Shown: positions 20,197-28,815, counted from the stretch's first letter. The stretch: 32,000 bases of DNA from Saccharolobus solfataricus (GCF_900079115.1 NZ_LT549890.1:990001-1022000); one strand, 5' to 3'. Notes: generated from the letters alone by a model not told the origin. Numbers and translations: made by a program.

Positions 20197-21261
20197 ATGA
20201 TAGATTCTACTGTTATACAAAAACTTACGAAATCATTGCATTACGTTCAGAGGTTTGGTGACCATAATCACGAGTTGCTGGGTGAGTTAACTGGGTTAGA
20301 AAACGTTAGGAATGTCTTATCTAATCTTAAAGTATTGGTTATTCCGTCTCCCAAACTTGATTCTCTAGGATTATCGCTCTTTCATACTACTATTAAGTTG
20401 ACAAGGAATTCTAAGGTCCAACCTTTAGATTTCTATTACCTACTTGATGGCATGGTGGTTGCGTCATTGAGGGATGTTTTGACTAGTGATACTATAGTTT
20501 TGGATGTTGTGTTTCCTAGGGGTAGGTGGGATTTTGTTCAAATTTTAGAGATGATGAGTAGGGGGGGATTAATTGATAATTATAAGACTTACTTGGAGTA
20601 TAGGAGGGAGGTTTATCCAGTTGATTATTCAACTTTTAATTTCGATACTTTGACTTTTGAAAGGGTTATACTGGATAAGCCTAGGGAACCTTTCCAATTG
20701 CCGGATCTTACTGACGATTTTAAGCCGGACTGGATTGACGTTTATACACTTGGAAAGAAACAAGAGAATCCTTTAAGGTCGTGGGATGAGATAGCAGAAT
20801 CTATAGGTTTAACATCAGATGAAGTAGTAGATCATTATTTTAATCACGTTGTTGGTAAGGGTTTGGTGGATGCGTTTTACACTTATTTAGGTAAGACTGA
20901 CTTTAGAATGTCGTTGATCGTAAACGATACTAATGAGGAGATTACTAGGGAGTTGAGTAGGATTGTTACACTTCTAAGAATATCTTATTTACATAACGAT
21001 AAAATATACGCATTTATTGTTGGGCAAAGACATACATTGATAGATATCATGGAGTTCATTAATAAACTATCCTCAGCATACCATTTTTCATATGAAATTT
21101 ACGTCCATCCAATTACGCCTTTAAGGGATTTCGTTAGAACGTATTCAATACCTTACGAACACTTCACAAAGGACAATAAGTGGTCAATTACGCTTAAAGA
21201 GTTAAAGGAGAACTTTGAGAAGGAATTGAGTAGAGTATTAGAAGAAAGGAAAAACACCTAA
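20197..21261 (+). CDS. Putative transcription regulator built from two tandem Lrp/AsnC-like (HTH + small ligand domain) modules
   Basis: The second half, DWIDVYTLGKKQENPLRSWDEIAESIGLTSDEVVDHYFNHVVGKGLV, reads like an AsnC-type HTH. A weaker similar pattern sits in the first half (DSTVIQKLTKSL...ELLGELTGLENVRNVLSNLKVL). The ATG at 20197 is preferred over TTG 20191 because TATTTTTATG (20161-20170) is about 30 nt upstream. Confidence 0.4.
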   Translation: MIDSTVIQKLTKSLHYVQRFGDHNHELLGELTGLENVRNVLSNLKVLVIPSPKLDSLGLSLFHTTIKLTRNSKVQPLDFYYLLDGMVVASLRDVLTSDTIVLDVVFPRGRWDFVQILEMMSRGGLIDNYKTYLEYRREVYPVDYSTFNFDTLTFERVILDKPREPFQLPDLTDDFKPDWIDVYTLGKKQENPLRSWDEIAESIGLTSDEVVDHYFNHVVGKGLVDAFYTYLGKTDFRMSLIVNDTNEEITRELSRIVTLLRISYLHNDKIYAFIVGQRHTLIDIMEFINKLSSAYHFSYEIYVHPITPLRDFVRTYSIPYEHFTKDNKWSITLKELKENFEKELSRVLEERKNT

Positions 21262-21371
21262 AAAATGCTATGGTAGTATATATTTACCACCGAAAACTTC
21301 TCGCATCAAAGGCTGGGAAAAGTCAAAATAGAAGAAAGTATTAATATAAAGAAGAAGTTGGAGTTAGCAAT

Positions 21372-21381
21372 CTTTTTATTT
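21372..21381 (+). promoter_or_regulatory. TATA-like box for leaderless tldD-pmbA transcript
   Basis: CTTTTTATTT is centred about 26 nt upstream of the ATG at 21402, and there is no SD motif. Confidence 0.45.
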
Positions 21382-21401
21382 GACTAAAATTATATCATAA
21401 T

Positions 21402-22778
21402 ATGACTGATCTGCAATCTCTTTACGATAAGTTCAGATACCCTTACGTGGAGGTTAGGAGACATATCGTATCGACGTTTGGGATGTCTTTTCTTAATGGC
21501 AGATTAATGGGATCGTTTAGGTTTACAGATGATGGCTATTCAGTTAGGTATTACAAGGATGGCGTGTTATATTTTGCTTCATCAAATAATCCCAATGATC
21601 TACTGAGCAGCAACAAGGAGTATAAGATAGAGGGGTGGGAGAGCGGTTTAGATAATACTGAACCTAAGGAGGGTAGTTATGAGGTTAAAGAGGGTAAACC
21701 TTTTGATCTCATGTCAGTTGACGAGAAGATAAGCTTCTTCAAGAACCTATACGAGGCTGTAAAGGACTTCCGTTCAGTCAAAAGCGTTTCATTTTTCTAT
21801 GACGAAAGTATTGAGGAGAAGGAGATTATTGTCAATGGTTCACGTATAGTTGGAAGGGTTCCTAGGCTTTACGTAGGAATGAACTTAGTCCTTAACGAGA
21901 ACAATAGGACGGCTACTGCGTTTTACGAACTTGGAGGAAGTGGTGGGCTGGAAGTATTAGAGAGGATGAATTTGAATGAGGTCGTAGTGGACAAGGTTAG
22001 ATCTGTTACTGAGGTCTTGGCTAAGGGTAAGAGCTTTGGTGAGCGGACTACTGATGTAGTTTTGAGTAATATGTTAACAGGTATAATGGCTCATGAATCT
22101 GTTGGGCATCCATTTGAGGCCGATAGAGTTTTGGGTAGGGAATTCGCCCAGGCTGGTTTGAGTTATCTAGCCGAATTGAAGGATAATAGGATAGGTAGCG
22201 ATGTCGTTACTGTTATAGATGATCCTACAATACCGAACAGTGGCGGTTATTACACAACAGACGATGAGGGTGTTGAAGCTAGACCTAAATACTTAATTAA
22301 GGATGGTAAGGTTAACGAATATTTACAAAATAGGTTTAGTAGTAGTAAATTTAACGTTAAGAGTAATGGCTCGGCCAGGGCTGCGAATTTCGATAGGGAA
22401 CCTTTAATTAGGATGTCTAATACTTTCTTTAAACCTGGTAACATGACCTTTGATGAGCTTTTGGAAGACGTCAAGGAAGGCGTTTATATAAAGAGTTACA
22501 TGGAGTGGAATATTGATGATATGAGACTAGGTCAACGATATGTTGGGTTGGAAGCTTATGAGATTAAGAACGGAAAGATTGGTGATCCAGTGCTATTCCC
22601 GGTTTTTCAAGGGAAGACTACTGAATTGTTAAAGGCAGTTGATGCAGTTGACAATACTTTAGTATTTTATCCGGGTACTTGTGGCAAGGGTGATCCGGAT
22701 CAAGGTATACCCGTTTGGCTAGGTGGGCCTAATATGAGATTGAGAAATGTTAGGATTAAGGTGATGGGAAATGAATGA
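21402..22778 (+). CDS. tldD: TldD-family metalloprotease
   Basis: 458 aa. Metal-binding motif HESVGHPFEADR (HExxxH). The C-terminal GTCGKGDPDQGIPV glycine-rich segment is typical of TldD. Overlaps the pmbA start by 8 nt. Confidence 0.9.
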   Translation: MTDLQSLYDKFRYPYVEVRRHIVSTFGMSFLNGRLMGSFRFTDDGYSVRYYKDGVLYFASSNNPNDLLSSNKEYKIEGWESGLDNTEPKEGSYEVKEGKPFDLMSVDEKISFFKNLYEAVKDFRSVKSVSFFYDESIEEKEIIVNGSRIVGRVPRLYVGMNLVLNENNRTATAFYELGGSGGLEVLERMNLNEVVVDKVRSVTEVLAKGKSFGERTTDVVLSNMLTGIMAHESVGHPFEADRVLGREFAQAGLSYLAELKDNRIGSDVVTVIDDPTIPNSGGYYTTDDEGVEARPKYLIKDGKVNEYLQNRFSSSKFNVKSNGSARAANFDREPLIRMSNTFFKPGNMTFDELLEDVKEGVYIKSYMEWNIDDMRLGQRYVGLEAYEIKNGKIGDPVLFPVFQGKTTELLKAVDAVDNTLVFYPGTCGKGDPDQGIPVWLGGPNMRLRNVRIKVMGNE

Positions 22779-24000
22779 GGAAATGGTAAAATACGTGCAA
22801 GAAGTAAAGGGAGAAGAAGTAGGACTATTGAGAGTGAAGACAAGGAGGATAATCATTAAGCTAGTTGAGAGTAAGGTAGCTACAATACAGAGAATGACTA
22901 ACAGCTACTATTTCCTAGCGTTAAAGAAGGATAGCCAGGGGTTCTTGGGTAGGATAAACAATTTAAATGAAAAACCTAAACTAACTCCAGTAGACTTCTT
23001 CCCTATTATGAGTAAAAATGAGCGGGAATACAAAATGGTTAAGAATAACACTAACATTTTATCACTATTTGACGATTTATCACCTCTTTTATCTCTCATA
23101 CAGTCGGAATATCCCCTTTACGGTATTATATCAATAGATGATGTGGAAAGATCCTTGGTTACATCTAAGGGATTCAACGGAACGGAAAGCAATCTGAGCA
23201 TAAGCGGTTACTTTAGGGCTAAGAATAAAGAACATAGCGGACAGTGGGCTTTCTCGTCAACTAGCTTCTCCTCCTCTCAAGTTAAGGATAGTATAAAGAA
23301 GGCTAATGAGTTGGCATCGATTACTGGCAAATACGAGATTACCGAAGGTAAATATGATGTAATCCTCTCTCCTTTAGTAATGGGTAATTTAATGGAGAGT
23401 GTTGCGAGGATGGCTTCTGGATATGCGATAATGTCTGGTATGTCTATGTTAAAGCCTGGGGAAAAGGCAGGATCAGATAAGTTTACCTTACTAGATACTC
23501 CTAAGGAGGATAGGCCTAACTCATGGGGATTCGACGATGAAGGCACGTTTACCTACAATAAGGCTATAATAGAGAATGGTGTATTTACAACTCCTTTATT
23601 AAATAATGAACTATCCAATGTCTTCAAATTGCCTAGTACTGGAAATGCGGGATGGATATATCCAACGGCTTGGAATTTAGAGGTTAAGGAGGGAGACACT
23701 AGTTTTGAATCATTGCTGTCCGGTAATGTCGTTTTTATAAATAATGTGTGGTATACCAGATTCCAAAATTACGCTGAGGGCGATTTCTCAACAGTTGCTA
23801 GAGATGCCACTGTAGTCTATAGAAACGGCAATCCCGTTGGAGTTATTGGTAGGGTAAGGATAGCTGATAACTTAAAGAGGATTTTAAAGAATATAGTAGA
23901 ATTATCTAGAGAGAGGTACTCCGTAAGATGGTGGGATGCCCCAATGCAAGGGGTTTATCCATACGCTTTAGTCAAGGATGTTAGGCTAAGTATAGCGTGA
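22771..24000 (+). CDS. pmbA: PmbA/TldE-family protein (non-catalytic partner of TldD)
   Basis: 409 aa with the same fold-family feel (GFDDEG, GGxxx motifs) but no HExxxH. Translationally coupled to tldD. Confidence 0.8.
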   Translation: MNEEMVKYVQEVKGEEVGLLRVKTRRIIIKLVESKVATIQRMTNSYYFLALKKDSQGFLGRINNLNEKPKLTPVDFFPIMSKNEREYKMVKNNTNILSLFDDLSPLLSLIQSEYPLYGIISIDDVERSLVTSKGFNGTESNLSISGYFRAKNKEHSGQWAFSSTSFSSSQVKDSIKKANELASITGKYEITEGKYDVILSPLVMGNLMESVARMASGYAIMSGMSMLKPGEKAGSDKFTLLDTPKEDRPNSWGFDDEGTFTYNKAIIENGVFTTPLLNNELSNVFKLPSTGNAGWIYPTAWNLEVKEGDTSFESLLSGNVVFINNVWYTRFQNYAEGDFSTVARDATVVYRNGNPVGVIGRVRIADNLKRILKNIVELSRERYSVRWWDAPMQGVYPYALVKDVRLSIA

Positions 24001-24046
24001 TGAACCGTGTTTCAGCTGATCTGTGACGATAGCCCTTCGGCTGAGC
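23995..24046 (+). ncRNA. C/D box sRNA (2'-O-methylation guide), about 52 nt
   Basis: The element reads GC, C box GTGATGA (23997-24003), a 12-nt guide ACCGTGTTTCAG, then D' box CTGA (24016-24019). A 3-nt spacer leads to C' box GTGACGA (24023-24029), an 11-nt guide TAGCCCTTCGG, D box CTGA (24041-24044) and GC. The terminal GC/GC can pair. A T6 run at 24049-24054 follows. The pmbA stop codon TGA lies inside the C box. Confidence 0.8.
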
Positions 24047-24048
24047 AA

Positions 24049-24062
24049 TTTTTTATTTTATA
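24049..24062 (+). promoter_or_regulatory. T-rich tract doubling as terminator for pmbA/sRNA and TATA box (TTTTATTTTATA) for the acyl-CoA dehydrogenase gene
   Basis: T6 sits immediately after the sRNA D box. TTTTATTTTATA is centred about 26 nt upstream of the GTG at 24080. Confidence 0.45.
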
Positions 24063-24079
24063 ATTGCTAATTTTTACTT

Positions 24080-25171
24080 GTGAATGAGGAGGAGTATAGG
24101 TTAAAGTTAAGGGAATGGATAAGAAATAGCGCTCCGGAGTCATTAAAGGGAAGAAAAATCCTATTTGAGACGGTAGAATTTGATGATTATAATGAGTTAA
24201 GGTCTTGGCAAAGGAAATTGGCTGATGCCGGATATTTGGGAATAACTTGGCCTAAGGAGTACGGTGGGCAAGGTTTAGATCCAATTTACGAAGTAATCGC
24301 TTATGAGGAGTTCATAAGGGCAGGATTGCCATATGGTAGAAGTTTAGGGTCAATTGGTTTAATGGTAGTAGCTCCTGCCATTTTAAAGCATGGAAATGAA
24401 GATCAGAAGAGGAGATATCTACCTAGAATACTAAGGGCCGAGGATATATGGTGTCAAGGTTTTTCTGAACCACAAGCTGGCTCAGATTTGGCTTCTGTGA
24501 CCACTAGGGCCGAGGATAAGGGTGATTACTTTTTAGTTAATGGACAAAAAATCTGGAGTAGTTATGCCCATATTGCTGATTATATGATACTCTTAGCAAG
24601 AACTGGTGAGGATAAGTATAAGGGCTTAACGATGTTCATTCTTAACATGAAGCAGGAGGGAATTAGAGTATCCCCCATAAATCAATTAACGGGAAAGAGT
24701 GACTTTAACACGGTGTATTTCAACAACGTAAAAGTTCCTAAAAATAACGTTATAGGTAACGTTGGTGATGGTTGGAAAGTCGCCATGACAGTTTTAAATC
24801 ATGAGAGGTTCATGTTGGGAGTTACAATGTTATTTACGTCAAAGATAGCCTTGGAGAGTTTGAAGGGGGTAAAGGAGAAAGAGGAGTTGGAAGATGAAGT
24901 TGAAGGTCTAGAGGCGTTTTATAGAAGGATTTTAATAAAGTTGAGGAAAGGAGAGGATATAGACGTGGAGGGATCGATGTTGAAGCTTTTGGCATCAGAG
25001 TTGCTCCAGAGGATATATGAGATCGCAGTGATGAATTACGATTTGGAAACCATAATGAAAGAGAAGTGGTATTTAGGTATGTTAGCTTCTAGGGGTAGAA
25101 CAATAGCTGGGGGTACTTCAGAGATTCTTAGAAACGTGGTAGGTGAGAGAGCTCTTAAACTTCCGAAATAA
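24080..25171 (+). CDS. Acyl-CoA dehydrogenase (IVD/LCAD-type placement of the catalytic Glu)
   Basis: 363 aa with WCQGFSEPQAGSDL and GDGWKVAMTVLNHERFMLG. The C-terminal TIAGGTSEILRNVV has G where MCAD-type enzymes have the YEGT Glu. Confidence 0.88.
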   Translation: MNEEEYRLKLREWIRNSAPESLKGRKILFETVEFDDYNELRSWQRKLADAGYLGITWPKEYGGQGLDPIYEVIAYEEFIRAGLPYGRSLGSIGLMVVAPAILKHGNEDQKRRYLPRILRAEDIWCQGFSEPQAGSDLASVTTRAEDKGDYFLVNGQKIWSSYAHIADYMILLARTGEDKYKGLTMFILNMKQEGIRVSPINQLTGKSDFNTVYFNNVKVPKNNVIGNVGDGWKVAMTVLNHERFMLGVTMLFTSKIALESLKGVKEKEELEDEVEGLEAFYRRILIKLRKGEDIDVEGSMLKLLASELLQRIYEIAVMNYDLETIMKEKWYLGMLASRGRTIAGGTSEILRNVVGERALKLPK

Positions 25172-25199
25172 TTATATTGCGTTTCTCTTTTCTTATAAT

Positions 25200-25634
25200 A
25201 TGTTCTTCGATGATTTTCAAGTCGGTCAAAAGTGGGAGAGCAAGGGAAGGACTATAACTGATGCAGATGTTGTAATTTTCACTGGAATAACTGGTGCGCT
25301 TAATCCACTATTCTTAGATGAGGAGTATGGTAAAAAGACTAGATTTAAAGGTAGAATAATACCAGGTTTGTTAACAGCCTCAATTGCAATCGGCTTAACT
25401 TATCAATTACCCGTAGATCCTTTTGGCGAGGGTTTCGTAGCTCTAACTAAATTAGAGATGGATGCCAAGAAACCAGTGAAAATAGGGGACACGTTAAGGG
25501 CGATAGTTGAGGTTACTGACAAGAAGGAGAGGGAGAAGGATGGCAGAGTATATTTGACAATTAGGACCCTGAATCAATTGGGAGAGGAAGTAATGACGTT
25601 AAAAATGGAAATATTGTGCAATAAGAGAAGTTAA
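25200..25634 (+). CDS. MaoC-like (R)-specific enoyl-CoA hydratase / hot-dog fold dehydratase
   Basis: MFFDDFQVGQKWESKGRTITDADVVIFTGITGALNPLFLDEEY is a typical MaoC N-terminus. The track's GTG start at 25143 would add 19 atypical residues and overlap the ACAD gene. Confidence 0.85.
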   Translation: MFFDDFQVGQKWESKGRTITDADVVIFTGITGALNPLFLDEEYGKKTRFKGRIIPGLLTASIAIGLTYQLPVDPFGEGFVALTKLEMDAKKPVKIGDTLRAIVEVTDKKEREKDGRVYLTIRTLNQLGEEVMTLKMEILCNKRS

Positions 25635-25883
25635 ATAGTAATTAAAAGTAAAGAAGTAAGTTATTTTTAAAACAATTATTATTTTTATTATGCATTATAT
25701 TAGCCATGTACTAGGAGATTCAAATCTCATTTGAGACTTGGGGCTTAATTCTCCCTAACATAAACGCTAATAGTGCTTTGGTTTCAAGAGTCTCTGCTAC
25801 AATGAATTTGTCAAGGAATCATTTAAGTGATGCTATGTGTGAAGTGATTATGTCATAATTTTATTGTAGAATTCCTTATTATT

Positions 25884-25904
25884 TTGACTCTTGAGAAGAG
25901 TCAA
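25884..25904. repeat. Perfect 9-bp inverted repeat TTGACTCTT-GAG-AAGAGTCAA, plus a third GAGTCAA copy at 25931-25937
   Basis: Arms at 25884-25892 and 25896-25904 are exact reverse complements. It lies 65-85 nt upstream of the ATPase GTG start. Confidence 0.6.
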
Positions 25905-25968
25905 CTATACGTAGGAATGACTTATAAAATGAGTCAAACTTATTAGAAAGTAATCATAAATTTTCTCA

Positions 25969-27267
25969 GTGAATAGGGAGTTAATATTAAAGGCGTTAAT
26001 AGACTGGAATTTCTGGTACAAGAACCAATTCGTCGGTATAGAAAGAGAGTACTCTGATCAATTGTTAGACCTATTGGAAAAAGGTTTAGCGATATCAGTA
26101 ATTGGCGTGAAAAGATCTGGAAAGTCCACAATCATTAATCAAGTAGTTAAGAAGCTAATAGAGAAAAAAGGAGAAGATCCATTCGACACGCTAATAGTTA
26201 ACTTTGAGGACTCTCGCTTTGGCGATATAAGAACTGCTAACGATTTGTTCTCCTTATATGAGTTATATAAGGAGTTAAGAAAAAAGAAAAAAGATAGTAA
26301 ACCGTACATTTTCTTAGATGAAGTTCAGAAGATCAAGGGATGGGAGGGATTTGTTCGGTCCATCGTAGATAGAAAGGAAGCTAATATAGTGATTTCTGGA
26401 TCTACAGCGTCAGTGAACAATAAGAGCGTCAGAGAAGTACTAGCTGGTAGGCATTTAATTCTAGAAGTATTTCCACTATCCTTTAAAGAATTCTTAGAAT
26501 TTAAGAACATTAGATTGGAAACGGAATTAGATATGATAGCCAAAGAAAGCGAGATTAAAGTGCTCTTCTCAGAATATTTAAGCTACGGAGGATTTCCCCT
26601 AGTAGTATCCAATGAGAGGGATAAGGAGAAGATATTACTACAATTGTATGAGGATATAATTTTTAAAGACGTAATTAGCGAATGCAATATAAGGAATGAG
26701 GAAGAAGCTAAGAACCTAGCCATATTTTACATCTCAAACGTAGGGAATAAGATACGTTTTAGAAAAATATCTAGGTCCCTTAATATCCCCTTTAGAAACG
26801 TTCAAAGGTATACTGAGTGCATGAAAAACGCTTATCTTATTTTCTTCGTAAAAGCCCTAAGCCCAAAGCTAAGTGAAATGGCTAAATACGATAAGAAAGT
26901 GTATTGCATAGACAATGGTATATCCAACGTATTAGGATATAGGCTAAATCAAAATATCGGTAGCTTATTTGAAAATCTAATATTCCTAGAACTCTTGAGG
27001 AGATATGGGATTAACAATGTCTTCTATTATAGGGGTAGAAGGGGCGAAGTAGACTTCGTCGTAAAAGTTAAGGATGAGATAAGGGAAATATATCAAGTGA
27101 CTTACCAGTTGAGTGACGTAGAGAGGGAACTAAAAGGTATCGAGGAGTTTCTAAAGATAAGAAAAACAAAGGCTTACATTATAACTTTTGATGATGAGGG
27201 AGAGATAAAGGTTGGAGATGACTTAGTGAAAGTGGTTAAGGGCTGGAAATGGTTACTGTTGGAATAA
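25969..27267 (+). CDS. COG1373-type AAA ATPase with wHTH and DUF4143-like (PD-(D/E)xK nuclease-like) C-terminal domain
   Basis: 432 aa with a GTG start. Walker A GVKRSGKST, Walker B YIFLDEVQ, HTH-like ISRSLNIPFRNVQRYTECMKNAYLI, and a C-terminal RGEVDFVVKV...IYQVTYQL nuclease-like pattern. Confidence 0.8.
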   Translation: MNRELILKALIDWNFWYKNQFVGIEREYSDQLLDLLEKGLAISVIGVKRSGKSTIINQVVKKLIEKKGEDPFDTLIVNFEDSRFGDIRTANDLFSLYELYKELRKKKKDSKPYIFLDEVQKIKGWEGFVRSIVDRKEANIVISGSTASVNNKSVREVLAGRHLILEVFPLSFKEFLEFKNIRLETELDMIAKESEIKVLFSEYLSYGGFPLVVSNERDKEKILLQLYEDIIFKDVISECNIRNEEEAKNLAIFYISNVGNKIRFRKISRSLNIPFRNVQRYTECMKNAYLIFFVKALSPKLSEMAKYDKKVYCIDNGISNVLGYRLNQNIGSLFENLIFLELLRRYGINNVFYYRGRRGEVDFVVKVKDEIREIYQVTYQLSDVERELKGIEEFLKIRKTKAYIITFDDEGEIKVGDDLVKVVKGWKWLLLE

Positions 27268-28053
27268 CTTCCCTAGTAATATAACCCTTTTTAGATGAAG
27301 GTGCAAATCCAGATCTGCAGTAAACCCTATTCCCCCATGAGACTGAATTGAGTTGAGAATTGCTTTGAAGGCTTTCTTGTATGCGTGTTTAAATATCCTC
27401 TCTGGACTTGTCGGATTAACCAAATATCTAGACCTAACTAACTCTATTCTTAAGGCATCGTCAACAATCCTATGTTTTATTGCTTGATAAGACCCAATTG
27501 GCTTACCAAACGCTATCCTATTTTTAGAGTACTCAACAGTCTCCTTAAGCACAGCAGTTGCATGACCTATAATTTGAGCCGAGGCAAGTAAAATTACCTT
27601 GTTAAAATCGAAATCTGATTTTCTCCACTCTCCCTCAATTATCTTATAAACTCTCACTGAAGGATCTGGTGATTCTATCTCCTCAACATCTACGTCATTT
27701 TTATTTGAAATCCCCTTTGGTGTAACAATGGCCTCAGCTTTATCAACCTCAGCAACGTAATTAACGCCAACACTTACAAGATAATCAACTCCTAACATCG
27801 AGCTAAAAGCAACTATCCCCGGCAATAAGTTCTCACCAATAATCTCGTTTAACAATAAGGCGTTTGTCAAACCAGTCTCTCTGATGAACTGGAAGATACC
27901 TAAATCCTTAACCTTACCGAAAACTTCCATAATTTTATCTCTACTAACCTCATGTTTCTTAGACCCATACTTATTCCACTCCCTACTTAAGAACTCATTA
28001 AATGAGTTTTTAATCAGTTCTAAATCCTCATTTGTCTCAACGTCCAAAAGCAA
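27253..28053 (-). CDS. Truncated acyl-CoA dehydrogenase-like protein (C-terminal helical domain retained, no recognisable catalytic Glu)
   Basis: 266 aa. FGKPIGSYQAIKHRIVDDA and HGGIGFTADLDLHLHLKRV are ACAD C-domain motifs. The protein ends (LGKLFQQ) where the YEGT segment would be. Its 3' end overlaps the ATPase 3' end by 15 nt. Confidence 0.7.
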   Translation of the reverse strand: MLLDVETNEDLELIKNSFNEFLSREWNKYGSKKHEVSRDKIMEVFGKVKDLGIFQFIRETGLTNALLLNEIIGENLLPGIVAFSSMLGVDYLVSVGVNYVAEVDKAEAIVTPKGISNKNDVDVEEIESPDPSVRVYKIIEGEWRKSDFDFNKVILLASAQIIGHATAVLKETVEYSKNRIAFGKPIGSYQAIKHRIVDDALRIELVRSRYLVNPTSPERIFKHAYKKAFKAILNSIQSHGGIGFTADLDLHLHLKRVILLGKLFQQ

Positions 28054-28098
28054 CTAACCTTCACCACAATTCATAATTAAGAATTAAGGTTTAAATTG

Positions 28099-28740
28099 CT
28101 ATACTAAAAACTTAGAGGAACTTACACCATGCGAAACGTAGACCATTGATGGATTAAACGACTTTATATTCTCAACACTTTTCCTTAGCCCATCGAAGTC
28201 CTCATAAATATTAGGATACTTTAATCCCCTCTTATCACCTTGCAAAGTATCACCAACTATTATAGCGTTTAATTCCGGCAAGTAAATTGAAATGGAATCG
28301 TTAGTGTGACCGGGAGTCTTAATTATTTCGACTCCCTTTACGAGTTCACCTTCCTCTAGAACAAAATCAACATTTACACCGTTGAATTTCCTAAAGAAGA
28401 AAGGTCTGCCAATTGAGAAAATAACCTTAAGCGCTGAAGAATGCAAGACTGGTTCTCTTATTTTACCGTTCTTTAAATAATTAACACCGTTATTATCAAT
28501 CCCAAACTTAGCATCATTAACAAACCTCTTTACTTCATAAGCCCCTCCAATATGATCTACGTGTGAATGAGTAAATATTACGCTTTTTATCTTGTTAGGG
28601 TTCTTCCCAAGCCTAGTTATACCCTCAATGATTCTTCTCCCACTACCTGGAGTACCACTATCGATTAGGATCAGTCCATTCTCATTAGTCTCTATTAAAA
28701 ATACCTTAACGAAACTTAGAGGAATCTCAAAGACTTTCAT
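28099..28740 (-). CDS. Metallo-beta-lactamase fold hydrolase
   Basis: 213 aa with [10 protein letters not shown] (HxHxDH), a later TPGHT, and D/H ligands. A minus-strand TATA-like TATATTA lies about 27-32 nt upstream. Confidence 0.85.
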   Translation of the reverse strand: MKVFEIPLSFVKVFLIETNENGLILIDSGTPGSGRRIIEGITRLGKNPNKIKSVIFTHSHVDHIGGAYEVKRFVNDAKFGIDNNGVNYLKNGKIREPVLHSSALKVIFSIGRPFFFRKFNGVNVDFVLEEGELVKGVEIIKTPGHTNDSISIYLPELNAIIVGDTLQGDKRGLKYPNIYEDFDGLRKSVENIKSFNPSMVYVSHGVSSSKFLV

Positions 28741-28815
28741 AAGAGATAATTAGTAGTTGATAGCTAATATAGATAGCATTGGATTTTTCAGCAAGCATTT
28801 CGGATCCTACTAATT

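Noticed and set aside
25143-25199. Longer upstream starts given by the ORF track (25143 GTG for MaoC, 19384 for the SRPBCC gene, 30527 TTG for MNT, 20191 TTG for the regulator)
   Set aside because: The extensions add atypical hydrophobic or low-complexity residues, overlap neighbouring genes or TATA boxes, and in each case an in-frame ATG with better promoter geometry lies just downstream.
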